Part shown: piece after piece, positions 25,740 through 37,984 of the stretch
How positions within the stretch are numbered: position 1 is the stretch's first letter
How the letters are laid out: each line of letters begins with the position of its first letter
From: Marsupella aquatica
Taxonomy: Eukaryota > Plantae > Marchantiophyta
Direction: 5' to 3'
DNA: 64,000 nt
Assembly (NCBI GenBank): GCA_973895155.1
Contig: OZ316894.1
Location: 4,612,944-4,676,943 of the forward strand
The notes under the pieces: model-generated
What the model was told of the DNA's origin: nothing
Seen by the model: only the letters and a program-made list of their open reading frames with translations
Database searches by the model: none
Made by a program: the position numbers and the translations under genes

Positions 25740-26560
25740 CCAAAAAATGCGGAGGAGGCTAAGACCCGAACAGCGCCCCAGGGAACAAAGGCCACCCCAA
25801 GGAGGAACACCCAAACACCAGCCGAAAAGCGCACCTAATCAGGCCAAAGATAAACCAACCAATGGTTTCAAAAGAGGACTTGAAACAAAACCTAAGGTCG
25901 ACCCTATAGATGCAGCCCCGATAGGCGGAGGGCCAACAACACTCTTTCCTAGTCTGTCTCTGCAGAGAGTGGACCCAAGAGCAGATGTTAATTACTATGT
26001 TGGGCCCTGTCGGGAAACAAGAAAGGGAAATGGTCAGGCCAAACATATTAGTGGTCTCATTCATCTTCAGGAGTAATACAAATGGGGGATGGGACATTCA
26101 GCAGTCTCCCAAGGTAGGAGAATGTTGAACAGCTGCTCAAGGGTAACTCTAATCTGTCTATGTTTCCTTTTCAGAGTGGCACAGTGTGGCACAGTTAGAT
26201 CCAACATAGATTGAAGATGGGCAGCGGTTTGTCTGAGTATAACCAAGTCACCTAGGGAGTCTTCCAAGGATTGCGAGTAAGTGGCTGCATTCCTTTCTTT
26301 CCAGATGTTGTTGCTCATTTCCATCAACAACACTAGAATCCCTGGTTTCCTCTTGCACCTTTGTATATTAGCCCATGTGATGACTCAAACAAGGAGGTAG
26401 AAGGGGTAGTGAAATCCAACGTGGTCCGCAAGAATTGTTGCACCTCTCTTCATCAATCGTAGACCTTGTAGCAGCTGAAAAATAAATGTTTAGTGTGCTC
26501 AAAGCATGATTTACATCTAGAGAGCACATCCCTATTAGGTATTTACTCTGGCTTAAGTCT
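25740..26560 (-). mobile_element. 5'-truncated L1-like LINE fragment
   Basis: The minus-strand translation has NIWKERNAATY, the IWxERN motif of plant L1 ORF2 C-termini, followed by a G/T-rich 3'UTR-like tail. Confidence 0.55.
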
Positions 26561-27299
26561 AGGGTTACAACTCTAATCACAGTTAGGGCTAGCCTTAGTT
26601 GTGAACTTGGTTAGGTTAATCATCTACAACTATAATACTGAATCCTGCCTAATTTAGTCTTTTGTCCCATTATGAAAATCAGAAATGGTGGGATTCAATC
26701 TTGATTGTTCATTGAACTGATTATTTATTTCCCACTGTCCATCAGATGCACACAAGATCATATCATCATCTCTTCTGTCTCACACTAATAGTAATAGGCG
26801 TCGTAGCAGGTTCAAGGTACACCTGCCCAAAGTACATGCACGTAGGACAAAAGGCGTCATACACATGCCCACAGTACATGCACATAAGACTAATGTACTT
26901 GAAAGTACCATGAATAAGGGTTGTACTAGAATGTACAACCAATTATTATGCTCCCATAAAAATATGATGTTATGCAAATGATGGGGAGAGTAGAGAGAAA
27001 CTGGTCAGGAGTAAGAAAAGGGGGAGGGGGAGATAAAGGAAAAACCAAAGGAAAGATAAAAGTTAGGATAGGAAGAGATATTAGAATGTGGGAAAGTGTG
27101 AAAGTGGAGAAAGGGAGAAAAAGGAAATTTAGTATTTTTGAGCCTCCAAACATTTAATAAATATACCTAAATATCGTAAATATGTTGTGTCAAAATGATG
27201 AGATTTTCACACCCAATGTGACAGAATTCTCTCTAGTCTTTTATCATGATTTTTTTACAAAATTTTCCATATATAGTCCCAAGGGCTTACATGGAAGCA

Positions 27300-27860
27300 A
27301 ATCTCTTTCTCACATTGCCATCTTTATCTCACCTCGACATCTTTTATCTACTCTCAACATCTTTTTCTCTCCTTGAGATCTTTTCTCACCTTCACATTTT
27401 TATCATATCACACCATCTTTTTCTCACCCTCAAAATCTTTTCTCATCTTGCCATCTTTCTCTCACCTTGACATCTTCATCACAACACAACATTGATGAGG
27501 GTGAGGGAAAAATGGTGTGATGTGATGACCTTGACATCTTTCCTCACCTCGACTTCTTTTCCTCACCTTGACATCTTTTTCTCTCATGGACATATTTTTT
27601 CAACTGGGCGTCTTTTCCTCATCTCGACATCTTTCCTCACCTCAACATCTTTTGTGTAACGCACGGACTCTTTTATCTCCTTGACATATTTTTCTCACCT
27701 TGATTTCTTTTCTTCACCTTGACATCTTTTGCTCTCATCGATATCTTTTTCTCACCTTGATTTATTTTCTTCACCTTGACATCTTTGGCTCTCATCGGCA
27801 TTATTTTCACCTTGACGTCGTTTCCTCATCTCAACATCTTTTCTCACCTCAACATCTTTT
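27300..27860. repeat. Array of ~18-20-bp TCTCACCTTGACATCTTT units (subterminal-repeat-like)
   Basis: More than 20 degenerate copies. Confidence 0.8.
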
Positions 27861-27971
27861 GTGCAAGGCACAGGCATAGGGCTAGTTGTGATATAAAGGG
27901 CTGAAGTAACTGAGCAAAACTTAGTTTCTCTTTGTGCAATCGTTGTTGTACGACCCCAATTTGATGCTCAC

Positions 27972-28710
27972 CACGTCTATAGATTACTCCACATAGACTA
28001 CCACTTCCACTTCTTATTCAAGTATAGAGCACTCGACATTGAAGTCCACTACCATTCTTGTTCAATTGCAGTGACATCCACTACTCCTAGTTCTTCTCGT
28101 GCAATTGCAAACTCAGGGATATCTGATTCTTCTACGGTGACGTCCATTCTGTACGTTCCTTCTCCTAGTGTAGACTCATCCTTGAGTGATTCTTGGACAT
28201 TGTCGTCCATTTTGGGGTCTTCTCCTATCATAGACTAGTTCATGTGTGGTTTTTCTGTCCCTTGTAGTTGTTGCTAATACAAGAGGAGGAGCAGGAGGAG
28301 CGTTGTTGCTTGCCGCTTCTGCTCCTCATTGTGCGACTCCAGTCTGTTGCTCACAATGTCTACAGATTACTCGACATTGACGTACACTGCCGATTCATAT
28401 TTAAGTATAGGTCACTTGACATTGAAGTCCACTACCTATACTTGTCCAACTGCAATAAAATCCACTACTGTTGATTCTTCTTGTGTGACTCCAGAGTCAC
28501 GGATATTTGATTGTTCTACAATTACGTCTATTTTTGTTCCTTCTCCTCCTCCTATTATAGACTCATTCTTGAACGATTCTTCTACAGTGATGTCCATTTT
28601 GGGGTCTTCTCCCACTGTAGACTAGTCCATGCGTGATTCTCCTCTCGCTTGCCATTGTTGCTAGTGGAGGAGGATGAGGAGGAGCGTTGTTGCTTGCCGA
28701 TGCTTCTTGT
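27972..28710. repeat. ~385-bp diverged direct duplication
   Basis: 27972-28330 resembles 28356-28710 (gacattgaagtccactacc; tgtccattttggggtcttct; ggagcgttgttgcttgccg). Confidence 0.8.
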
Positions 28711-30264
28711 CGCTAGTGGAGGAAGAGGAGGATGAGCACTGCAGCTGATGGAGGAGGAGTAGGAGTGTCTCACTCTACACAAAAATCACGAAGATGGAGC
28801 AGGATGAACTCAAACAGGCACACAAGTACCACTAGTAGAAAAGACCCCTCATTCTGACCCGAACACTTATGACTTCAATGACCACAATTATTCTTTTGTG
28901 ACTCCAAATTCAAGGGAGTAATTTTTACTACTCCATGAACGACGACTGCCATTGGAGCATAGTGCCATCAAAAAGAATGACTTGATTCTTTCTTGTGCAT
29001 GACTATGTTTTAGGCCGGACTTGGATGATGGATTGTATTGTATTGTGTTACCAAACAAATGTAAAACAAGAATGCTAGGCTGCTTCCTGCTCCAAAAGAC
29101 CCCAGATAATTGGGTTGGGTTAAGGCATCTTAAACTAATTGCAATTTAATTTCCACCATACCCCATTTAATTAGGTCCCTAAATTGCCTCAATTTTCTAT
29201 GACATCATCCATGTTGTCAATTTCATGCCACTTCTTTGGCTAATAAGCCTTGTGAATGTGTGTACGTTCATTTATGGGGTTTGTCAATGTCATGGCCCCA
29301 AATTCAGGTTGTAAAAGTTATTACTTAATTTAGGACTTACCCAAACTAAGTATCAAAGTATCAATCTTGCTCCATTGTGAACACCCTTTAATTCATACCG
29401 AGCACCTGGTGTGACCCAAAAAAAATCCGGAACATTCCCAAGGCACACACTCCTCACAATGGACTACTTACATGGTACTTAGGGTGGCCTACTCTGGTCC
29501 ATACTGGCCTTTGTCCGTAAGTTTAGGGTTTTTACCATTAGAGTGTTAACTTTTTATTACCGATGGAAGAAGCATCCCATCCTGTCAGTCAGCAGCACAC
29601 TCTTTCCTAGTTGATCGTGGTGCGCGGGACTTCAAAGGAGATGCACAACCAGCCTACAAGCTGGGATTCAGGTGTGAGGTTGCAGTCACAACCTAGCACT
29701 TAGCAAAACTGTGACTTAATACTCCTGTGGGCTGCGACATTGAACAACAGAGGTAGCGTCCCAACATTGGACAGCAGAGGCAGAGGCCTCCAACTTTCAC
29801 TTCAAGTCGAGAGAGAATCCACGTTTTGATTGGGGTTTTGATCTCATTGAGTTTGCTCAAAGGGAGCTGCGCCTGTGCCGATTTAGGTAACATTCAGAAG
29901 TTACAGAACTTGTTACTATTTCTATTTAGGTTGTTCAATCCACATTTGATAGTAGGGTTCCTTTTCACCTTGGCTTAAGTGGCCGCTCGACTGCTCAACT
30001 GACCCAAAAAAGCTATTCCCGATGGTTGCATATGTGTAGTATAGTCTCGTTCATCCCCCACACTAAGGAGGCCGACACTAGTTACTATCAACCGGTAGAG
30101 AGCGCGCAAGTCATGCAATTGACGAGGTAATGTAGCTGCCTCTTATCCGTGTCTTTGTTTCATAAGTTACTATTTATTCATCAGCTATCGTTTGACAGAT
30201 AGTAGACTTTTGATTCCATTCCTGAGTGCATTGGTCAAGCTTATGGAACTTGTGAACCCAAACC

Positions 30265-30450
30265 TTGACCTCACGTAGTCTTGCTGACAAATGGTATAGA
30301 AGAAAATGGCTATTCAATGTTAGTGGTGGGACAATCTTTGCGCGTTACTGCCCGATCGTCAACTTTCTAAAAGTCTATAAAGTCACATTAGTAAGAATAG
30401 AGAAAAACCAGGCTGCTGATCTCCTTGCGGCTTGCTCAGCATCCGGCCAT
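30265..30450 (+). pseudogene. RNase H-like (RVT_3-type) fragment
   Basis: FLKVYKVTLVRIEKNQAADLLA matches the VxRExNxxADxLA motif. It is duplicated at about 30880-30970. Confidence 0.5.
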
Positions 30451-31379
30451 GTTCAACAGACAATAAGAACAAGAAAAAATGTGAAAATGGTAATGGAAAT
30501 TTGGAAATGGTAATGGAAATTGTTGACTGCCAGAGGGCTTGTTGCACATCCACCCTTAAAATTCCAAGAGTTTGCACTTATGACGTAGATGTTGAGCATT
30601 GACAACATTCACAATGGCATGCCCATAACCATCCAATGATCAAGTAGTCGACATAGAGAGATACGTGGTTCACCTCCACATGAGGCTACATCCACGGGAA
30701 CACACAAGAGCATTACTGCACTCTAGGCCGACCGGTCATACCAAACATTCACATCACAAGCTTTCCCTATCTCAACTGGCTCCGTAGCAATGAGCCTGAG
30801 TTCCCACTATCCAAGCAAACTCCACTTGGGTATAGTGTGTGCACAACATGACTAACATCTTTGCGCGTTACTGCCCGATCGTCAACTTTCTAAAAGTCTA
30901 TAAAGTCACATTAGTAAGAATAGAGAAAAACCAGGCTGTTGATCTCCTTGCGGCTTGCTCAGCATCCGGCCATGTTCAACAGACAATAAGAACAAGAAAA
31001 AATGTGAAAATGGTAATGGAAATTTGGAAATGGTAATGGAAATTGTTGACTGCCAGAGGGCTTGTTGCACATCCACCCTTAAAATTCCAAGAGTTTGCAC
31101 TTATGACGTAGATGTTGAGCATTGACAACATTCACAATGGCATGCCCATAACCATCCAATGATCAAGTAGTCGACATAGAGAGATACGTGGTTCACCTCC
31201 ACATGAGGCTACATCCACGGGAACACACAAGAGCATTACTGCACTCTAGGCCGACCGGTCATACCAAACATTCACATCACAAGCTTTCCCTATCTCAACT
31301 GGCTCCGTAGCAATGAGCCTGAGTTCCCACTATCCAAGCAAACTCCACTTGGGTATAGTGTGTGCACAACATGACTAAC
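30334..31379. repeat. 523-bp near-perfect tandem duplication (30334-30856 / 30857-31379)
   Basis: Identical ORFs are offset by 523 nt. One substitution was seen (GCTGCT vs GCTGTT). Confidence 0.97.
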
Positions 31380-31455
31380 CTAACCTAGTCTGTGAGTAAG
31401 GTTAGCCCTAATTGCGGTATAGTCGTAACTCTAGACCTAGGAGTTAATCCTAATA
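31113..31455 (-). mobile_element. Solo LTR (copia-like), 343 bp
   Basis: Termini are TGTTG…TAATA (mutated from TAACA), with TSD GTAGA at 31108-31112 and 31456-31460. The minus strand carries a CCCGTGGATGTAG…GAACCACGT U5-like motif. Confidence 0.85.
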
Positions 31456-31911
31456 GTAGAGCACATGAAAGCTCCTTCCGGGGTATGTGCACTGAGAGTG
31501 AGGTTTTACTGTAGTGCCACACATGCTACGTCCCTCCTCATGAACCAATTTAGGAGTAGGGGATGCCCATCCTCTTCAAACTGAACAGGTGTCTCCCCAT
31601 GGCAATGGAGCCCGTGGCGTACGGTGGAGATCAGGCAAAAACAAACAATGACAAGTTGTTGATTGTTGATTTCTTTTAACTATGGGGGCAAAGGAATGTG
31701 GTGTAAATGGCAAATGCCCAAACAGTCGGTGAACTTAGGTTGCCTTCCCCAATTTCTACTATGGATATCTGTTCCACAAATCTAGGAGAAATTGTAGGGA
31801 AAGGAACATGGGGTTGACAACGTAGGAACAGTGCCCTACACCAGGGCTGCAATGTGGGCTGACCAAATGAGGAATGGGGCTATATGATGTGCCCCTGGAA
31901 TCTCATAAGCG

Positions 31912-32243
31912 TGTTGGACTAAGATGTCATTCGCAACGACCATACAATCATGACTCATTCCATGCACACGTAGTCGACACAATCTCTACGTGGTTTAGCT
32001 TTTCTCCAAGGCTACGTCCACACGAACACTCAAGCTTTACTTCAAGAGTAGACGAACACACATCCTCTCCCTCTTTCTCAAGTTGCTCTGTTACAATGAG
32101 TAAGCACCACACACCAGCGGCTTACACTAGCCCTGGTATATACAAGGTCACACACGACTAACCTAACCTCAGCTAAGATCCTAACTGTGGTTAGCCTAAG
32201 TGCCGTAACCTATGAGTCACAAGACTAAGAGCAATCCTTAACA
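31912..32243 (-). mobile_element. Solo LTR (related family), 332 bp
   Basis: Termini are TGTT…AACA, with TSD AAGCG at 31907-31911 and 32244-32248. It shares gtagtcgaca, ggctac and gactaacctaacct motifs with the neighbouring LTR. Confidence 0.85.
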
Positions 32244-32473
32244 AAGCGCTCCTTTTGATAGTGTTTCCTCGAGACTGTTTCTTAATTAATCATCATGGGA
32301 CACCCTCCATCTACACTCTACACTAATTACAGAACTTTACTACTATCTCTTTACACTATTTTGGGTTTTCCTCGTTTGTAATTTCATGTTCTCTATCGAG
32401 AAGAATTCACAATGGAGCATTAGGAAACTTATCCAATACATTTACTAAACTACACTATGGGAATAGAAAATCT

Positions 32474-32803
32474 ATAATCAATTGGCTTAGGTCAATTGGC
32501 TAGGGGATTTTCCTGGAACTGAGAAGTCCCAGGTTCAATCCCCCCTCCACACACTGGGGTGTGGAGGGTATATGTGTGTGGGTGGGATGAGTTTTGTGGG
32601 TAGTGGATTGGAGTTCTGATTATCTGCTCGGCCCCTGGTTGCCCACTCTGTGGCCCTGATATAATTCTCTCTCCTTCCTGGTGCGGGTCCCTGTCGGATC
32701 CGTTGGGACTCACACTGGTCTGGGTTCCCTACAGGAAAAACCGTCACATTGAGGTGGGGGGAGTCTAATTGTATTTCCTCCCCATTTCCGTTCAAGACAA
32801 AAA
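32474..32803 (+). mobile_element. tRNA-derived SINE, copy 2
   Basis: A-box-like TGGCTTAGGTCAATTGG, B-box GGTTCAATCCC and a short A tail. Perfect 14-bp TSD GGAATAGAAAATCT (32460-32473 / 32804-32817). Confidence 0.9.
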
Positions 32804-34020
32804 GGAATAGAAAATCTGTTTCTAGATGTACCAGGATATGTACAAGCCTTTCTTTGAATGTTACTAATATTACTACTAATTAATAATAACATCCACAGTT
32901 TTTACGGACATAAGTCTGGTGCGGTCCTAGGGGTCCTAGGTCTAGAGTATCCGTCTAGAAAACTTAGATTCCAATTTGGTGAGGCCCTAGGGGAGACATT
33001 CTAGAAACCTAGCTAGATTCCAACTCTAGCTTCTGTTCACAATTTCTTAATAAGCTTAAGGTTCTCATATGAGAGCATGGTCTGCAATAAAAGCCCCTCA
33101 AAACTTGTGCTAACTAAAATAATATGTTTGGGGGGTGCTTTGGCAAATTAATGCCCTGTTATGACCACACTTTTCATTTTTCAATGAGCATTTCAATGAG
33201 CAACTTTTCTCTAACTCAAAAATACTACTAACATTGGATAGAGACTCAACATTCAGGATAAATGTACACTTTTCATCCAGTAAGACTGAAAATTAAACTA
33301 ATGCAAGAGCAAGATACAAAACATCCTATGTCACATTTAAATAGCGTTTTGGTGAATAGTGTGTAGTGAAACAAATCAAACGCCCAGTGCAAAATCTAGT
33401 TTCAATTGCTCTGACCAATCGGGCGTCTGACGGCATAGGATGCAGAGCCTTTGCCTCCTGTTGATATGAGGCACTTTGTCAGGGTGTTAATTACAGTAAA
33501 TAATATACCTTCAAGGCCTACGTGTATTCTGGGAATTCTCTTGCCCGCTGTATTTCTAGATCTGCAGACATCCAAGAAAACTCAAAACCCTCACTTATAG
33601 AAAGCAACGAACAAAAGGCGCCATACTCTAGAGCCCAACGACAAAAATCCCAAGAGGTGAAAACGAAAGAAAAATATGGGAAAACCAAGGAGCTAAAAAA
33701 TACAAGAGCCAAAAAGCCCAACAACCCTCGATGCCTCCAGCAGTCCACGCATTCCGAGATAAAGTGAATTTTATGCCCCCTTGTTACCAGAAAATGTCCC
33801 TCTGACTTGGAATATTTTTGCAAACGTACCAACATAAAATATTTCTAGAACCCAAAAATATAGCATGTTCATCCTCGAACATGCTTTACTTTTACTTTTT
33901 ACCTGGTAGTGATGTGTAAGTGGATAAAATTAGAGACTAAACCTAGAATACATATTAAATATGAATAAGATAAAATAATATAAATAAAACATATCCAAAT
34001 AAAAGCACATAGAGACCAGA

Positions 34021-34100
34021 AAAAGTATAACTAAAATTTATGACACAAAGATGCTATTTAAAAAAAGTATAACTAAAATTTATGACACAAAGATGCTATT
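34021..34100. repeat. Short tandem duplication
   Basis: AAAAGTATAACTAAAATTT(T)ATGACACAAAGATGCTATTT occurs twice. Confidence 0.85.
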
Positions 34101-34914
34101 TTATAACACTACGGGTACTCACTGTTATAAGATGCTACTTTCAATAAAAACCATAAACTTAGGAAAGAAAGTTTGAGGGGAACTTAAGACACTATGTGTT
34201 GATGTCACTTAGAATCATTCCTCTTGCTCATGAGAGTACTTAAAAGTGTTAGAAAATGAAGCCCATGGTTCCTCTCTAGGACATAACAAAGTTTAAAAAT
34301 TAAGGGGGCTGCCAAAATAAATTCAAAATATTACAGGATACCAAAACTTAAAGGGGTCCAAAAATGAATTAAAAACCTATATGAATTGGATAATGTCCTG
34401 GTTAGAGGACATTAGGAGATACAATGCCCTGATAAATGAGGAAATGAGGGCGGTAACCCAAGTTTTGAGATTAATATACAGTAACTAGGAGATTAATATA
34501 CATAAAATCTTGAGTGATTTTTTGATAACAAACAAGAAAAAGTGAATCTCGAAATAGACAATCCAAGTGAAAGAGCCTGCAATTGGCCAAAGGCATGAAA
34601 GAAGTTAAAAACAAATCTTGTGATGTTGATACAAGTTATTATGTTATTTTATTTGGTGACACTATATTTGTGTTTTACCTTTGCTATTTTTGTGATACCT
34701 CACATAATGCCCCCCAAAGAAGGGAGACTATATGGGAATTTAATGTACTAAAAAATACAAAGAGAAAAATCACAAAAGTCTTTACAATATACCCCTTGTT
34801 AAGGTACGTTCAAATAAAAATACATGACACAAAATTTTGAATAAACAAAACATGAATAAGACTTCATTATTCCTTTGTATCATATGAATACATGAATAAG
34901 ACAAAAACTGTGGG

Positions 34915-35230
34915 TGAGGGCTAATATCATGGCAATAACATGGTGCAGCAGTGAAACCAGCGGTGAGGGCTACCACTCAGATATCATGGTGCAGTAGCTG
35001 CACCAAGCATGAGGGCTAATAATATGGCAATACCATGGTGCAGCAACTAACCGAGGGTGAGTGTTACCATGGTCATACATGGTGCAACAAGTAAACCGAG
35101 GGTGATGGCTACTATATGGCGACGGATACACTGGTCCAAGGTAAACTAACGGTGACGGCTACCGTAGCAATACCATGGCAGTTGCAGCACGTGATTTCAG
35201 GGCGACGGTATCCATGGAGACATGAGGCTA
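34915..35230. repeat. Degenerate ~50-bp tandem array (CATGGTGCAGCA…GGTGAGGGCTA)
   Basis: 5-6 diverged units. Confidence 0.7.
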
Positions 35231-35413
35231 ATAAGAACCAAATTGTATATGGGCAGAGCTTTGTCTACCAGCCCCTAACTTAGTGGAATGACATTTAAAC
35301 ATTGACTGAAAACTTATATCTCAACCTTCTCATCAAGCAGGCCTAGATAGTGGAGAACCAACCAAGGGCATGGGCAAACTTGAGTTCCTTACCTGTCAAA
35401 TCTGAATGAACCA

Positions 35414-35567
35414 GGCCACTAAAGCTGGGGCTAGTGACATCTAGCACAAATCAAAATAATTCAAAATGAGACAGGGCCACTAGAGGAGTGGTGAGTGACA
35501 TCTAGCACAAATAAAAATAAATCAAAATGAGACAGGGCCACTAAAACTGGGGCTAGCGACGCCTAGC
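35414..35567. repeat. ~62-bp tandem repeat, 2.5 copies
   Basis: GGCCACTA…GACATCTAGCACAAAT.AAAATAA.TCAAAATGAGACAG is repeated. Confidence 0.85.
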
Positions 35568-35822
35568 AGCAGCACATTAAGGACTCCGTTCCTCCAAAGA
35601 TTGGGCCGCTTTTTACTGTCGTTGCAAGATGGGTCTAAAAATACTCTGAGAACAGAGAGAGAGAGAGAGGGGGTCGGGGCTGGAAATGTGGGGCCGGCTC
35701 TGCATGGAACAGAGCTCCCCTGTTTTCCGCAATTCCTCTGTTTTTCCCTCTGCGTCGTCGAGTCGCTGCTTTCCACGAAGCGATTCCATCATCCAATGGG
35801 GCCGAATCGCGTCATCGTTCTT

Positions 35823-35823
<1 letters not shown>

Positions 35824-35864
<41 letters not shown>
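35824..35864. repeat. (CT)n microsatellite in the likely promoter/5'UTR of the downstream gene; also (GA)n near 35654 and (GATCCYTTC)4 at 36191-36226
   Basis: Direct reading. Confidence 0.85.
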
Positions 35865-35868
<4 letters not shown>

Positions 35869-37984
35869 GTTCCGAATCTGAGGCGGAATATGATGATCGA
35901 ACCCCTCTCAAGAAAGGGATCGAGTGATTTATTCTGTTCGGAGAGAGCTACAGTTGAGATTTCGAATTGGAACTGGGCAGCAGAAAGAGAGCAGTCAGCC
36001 GTCGGTTGTGAATTCCGATTTACAAAATAGATACGGTGGTGTGGCCTCACCCGCATGCATGGAGCACGCAGTAGCAGCACCCGTTCGCACACCCGGACAG
36101 TTATCATTGGTCGTCCGTCGTTGCTCTCTTCCTTTTCGGAAGAGGGAAATCATTCTCAGTTGCCATTGCCATGCCGGGTCTGGAGGTTTGGATCCCTTCG
36201 ATCCTTTCGATCCCTTCGATCCTTTCGATCGTTCCATCGATGGTCGAGCTGGGGAGTCGGTTCGCTTCGGCCCATTGATTGATGGACAGAGATGTGTATG
36301 GAGGGGAAGTACTGTGAGTACGCTTTGAAAGGAAGAGATTGATTAATTGACGGAGAAGTGTATGAAGGGAAATACCCAAGTACACTAGAAAGGAAGAGAG
36401 GGAGCGCGGTAGTACTGTATTGTAGCTACAGTGAGTAGTATCGACGGAGAGGATTTGAGGGATTGGGGAAATTGGGGGAATTGGAGAAATTGGAGGAGGC
36501 GGGGGATCCAATTCGAGTTCCCGGGAGTCTCGCGCCGCACGGGAGAGCTGTTGGTATCTCTTCTTTCTTGGAGAGGGACATAACAATGAGAACTCAAAAT
36601 ATGAGGAGGTCAGAGCGAACGAGGACGACGAGAACAACGTGACTGGACGGATGTGAGCAGGAAGGAAGGACTTCTCAAGGCTTCTGCTAGCTGAGCATCA
36701 CACCTGACTTTGCTGTGACTCCGTTGTTCCGTAGGAGTGTCGATGGAGGGAGGAGGAAGGTTATAGAGCTGGTTTTCTCGATTGACAAAATGCAATGACG
36801 GTGAGTAGGATGTACCGGAAAATTTGCTACAACTTTTTCTGGAGAGAAAAACAGGAAGAAATAGACCGGAGTGAGATCACAGGAGGTTCTGGAAGGTTTT
36901 TCCAAGGCTGAGAGAGTGTGATTGGAGGAGGTGGAATATAAACAGGTGACTTGATTTGTGTGGAAAATTAGGAGGTTCTGAAAGGTTTCTTCAAGGCGAG
37001 AGTGTGATTGGAGGAGGTGGAATGTAAAAGGTAGCCCGATTGGTGTGCAGAATTGCTCTTATCTCTTTGCAGAGAAGAGAGGAGAGAACGAGGTTGAAGG
37101 TAAAGAAGCTCTGCAATTATTTCGAGGAGGTTTCGGCCGGAGTTTACTCTGCTCCTTCCACCGAGAGTTCGCTTCCTCGAGTTGGATGAAATGGGAACAG
37201 GTATGTGCGAAGGACTTGATTATGCCATTGCGTTCTTGTGTTGTCATATCCAGTCCTTTCCTGTCGTGTCTTGGAAAAGAAGATGAAGTCAGAACAAATA
37301 CCCAATCAACTTTTCGTCTCCTGTGCAAGAAGAGAGGGGTGTGCGTATTTGAGAAGGCTCGGTAGGAGTTGATTTACACCTACACCTGGCTGCGATATCT
37401 CGACATGGTTCAACTCTGTACCAAGACAAGGAGGAAAATAAGAGTAGTTCTCTATCGCATTTGTTGATAGCAGTCGACAGTAGTGGGTCTCACTTGTTGG
37501 GAGGTTGCGATGTGGATCTCGTCGGACCCTATTTCTTCCACTGCCCAATCGCCTCCGGCATGCTGATTCTTTTCGTCCTTTCAATTGCGACCGGCATTTT
37601 GCGCCTGTAGTTTTTCGTGTCCTTTCTTAGTTTTCATTTCTCCTCTGGGTGTGTGTGTCATTATTTTCGCACAGGCGAATAACTCCTTGCGAAAATAGTT
37701 AAAATAGCGGACGAAGCTTCTTGTCTGTGGAAGGAGACCTTTTTGGCTCGATCTAATTCTACTATTCTTGTGTCTATTGTCACTGGTTTTCTTACATGTT
37801 TTCGTGTCCGCGAAGTAATAAGCGGAGCGTTCTTGTTTAAGGTCTGTCCCTCGTTCTGTGCAAATCATGCCCGATGTATGGCTGAATAAACAAAAAGGAC
37901 CCCACTGATCGATGTTATTGGTCGTCTCCGCTGATATCAAAAGGATGATTCTCTCTGTTCTATCTCAATGATCTCGTTACTGAT

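Noticed and set aside
32480-32555. tRNA gene
   Set aside because: No convincing acceptor stem; the body, A tail and TSD show it is a SINE head.
35522-37940. Many overlapping 60-180-aa ORFs
   Set aside because: Low-complexity microsatellite and UTR/intron-like sequence with no coherent protein; uORFs cannot be excluded.
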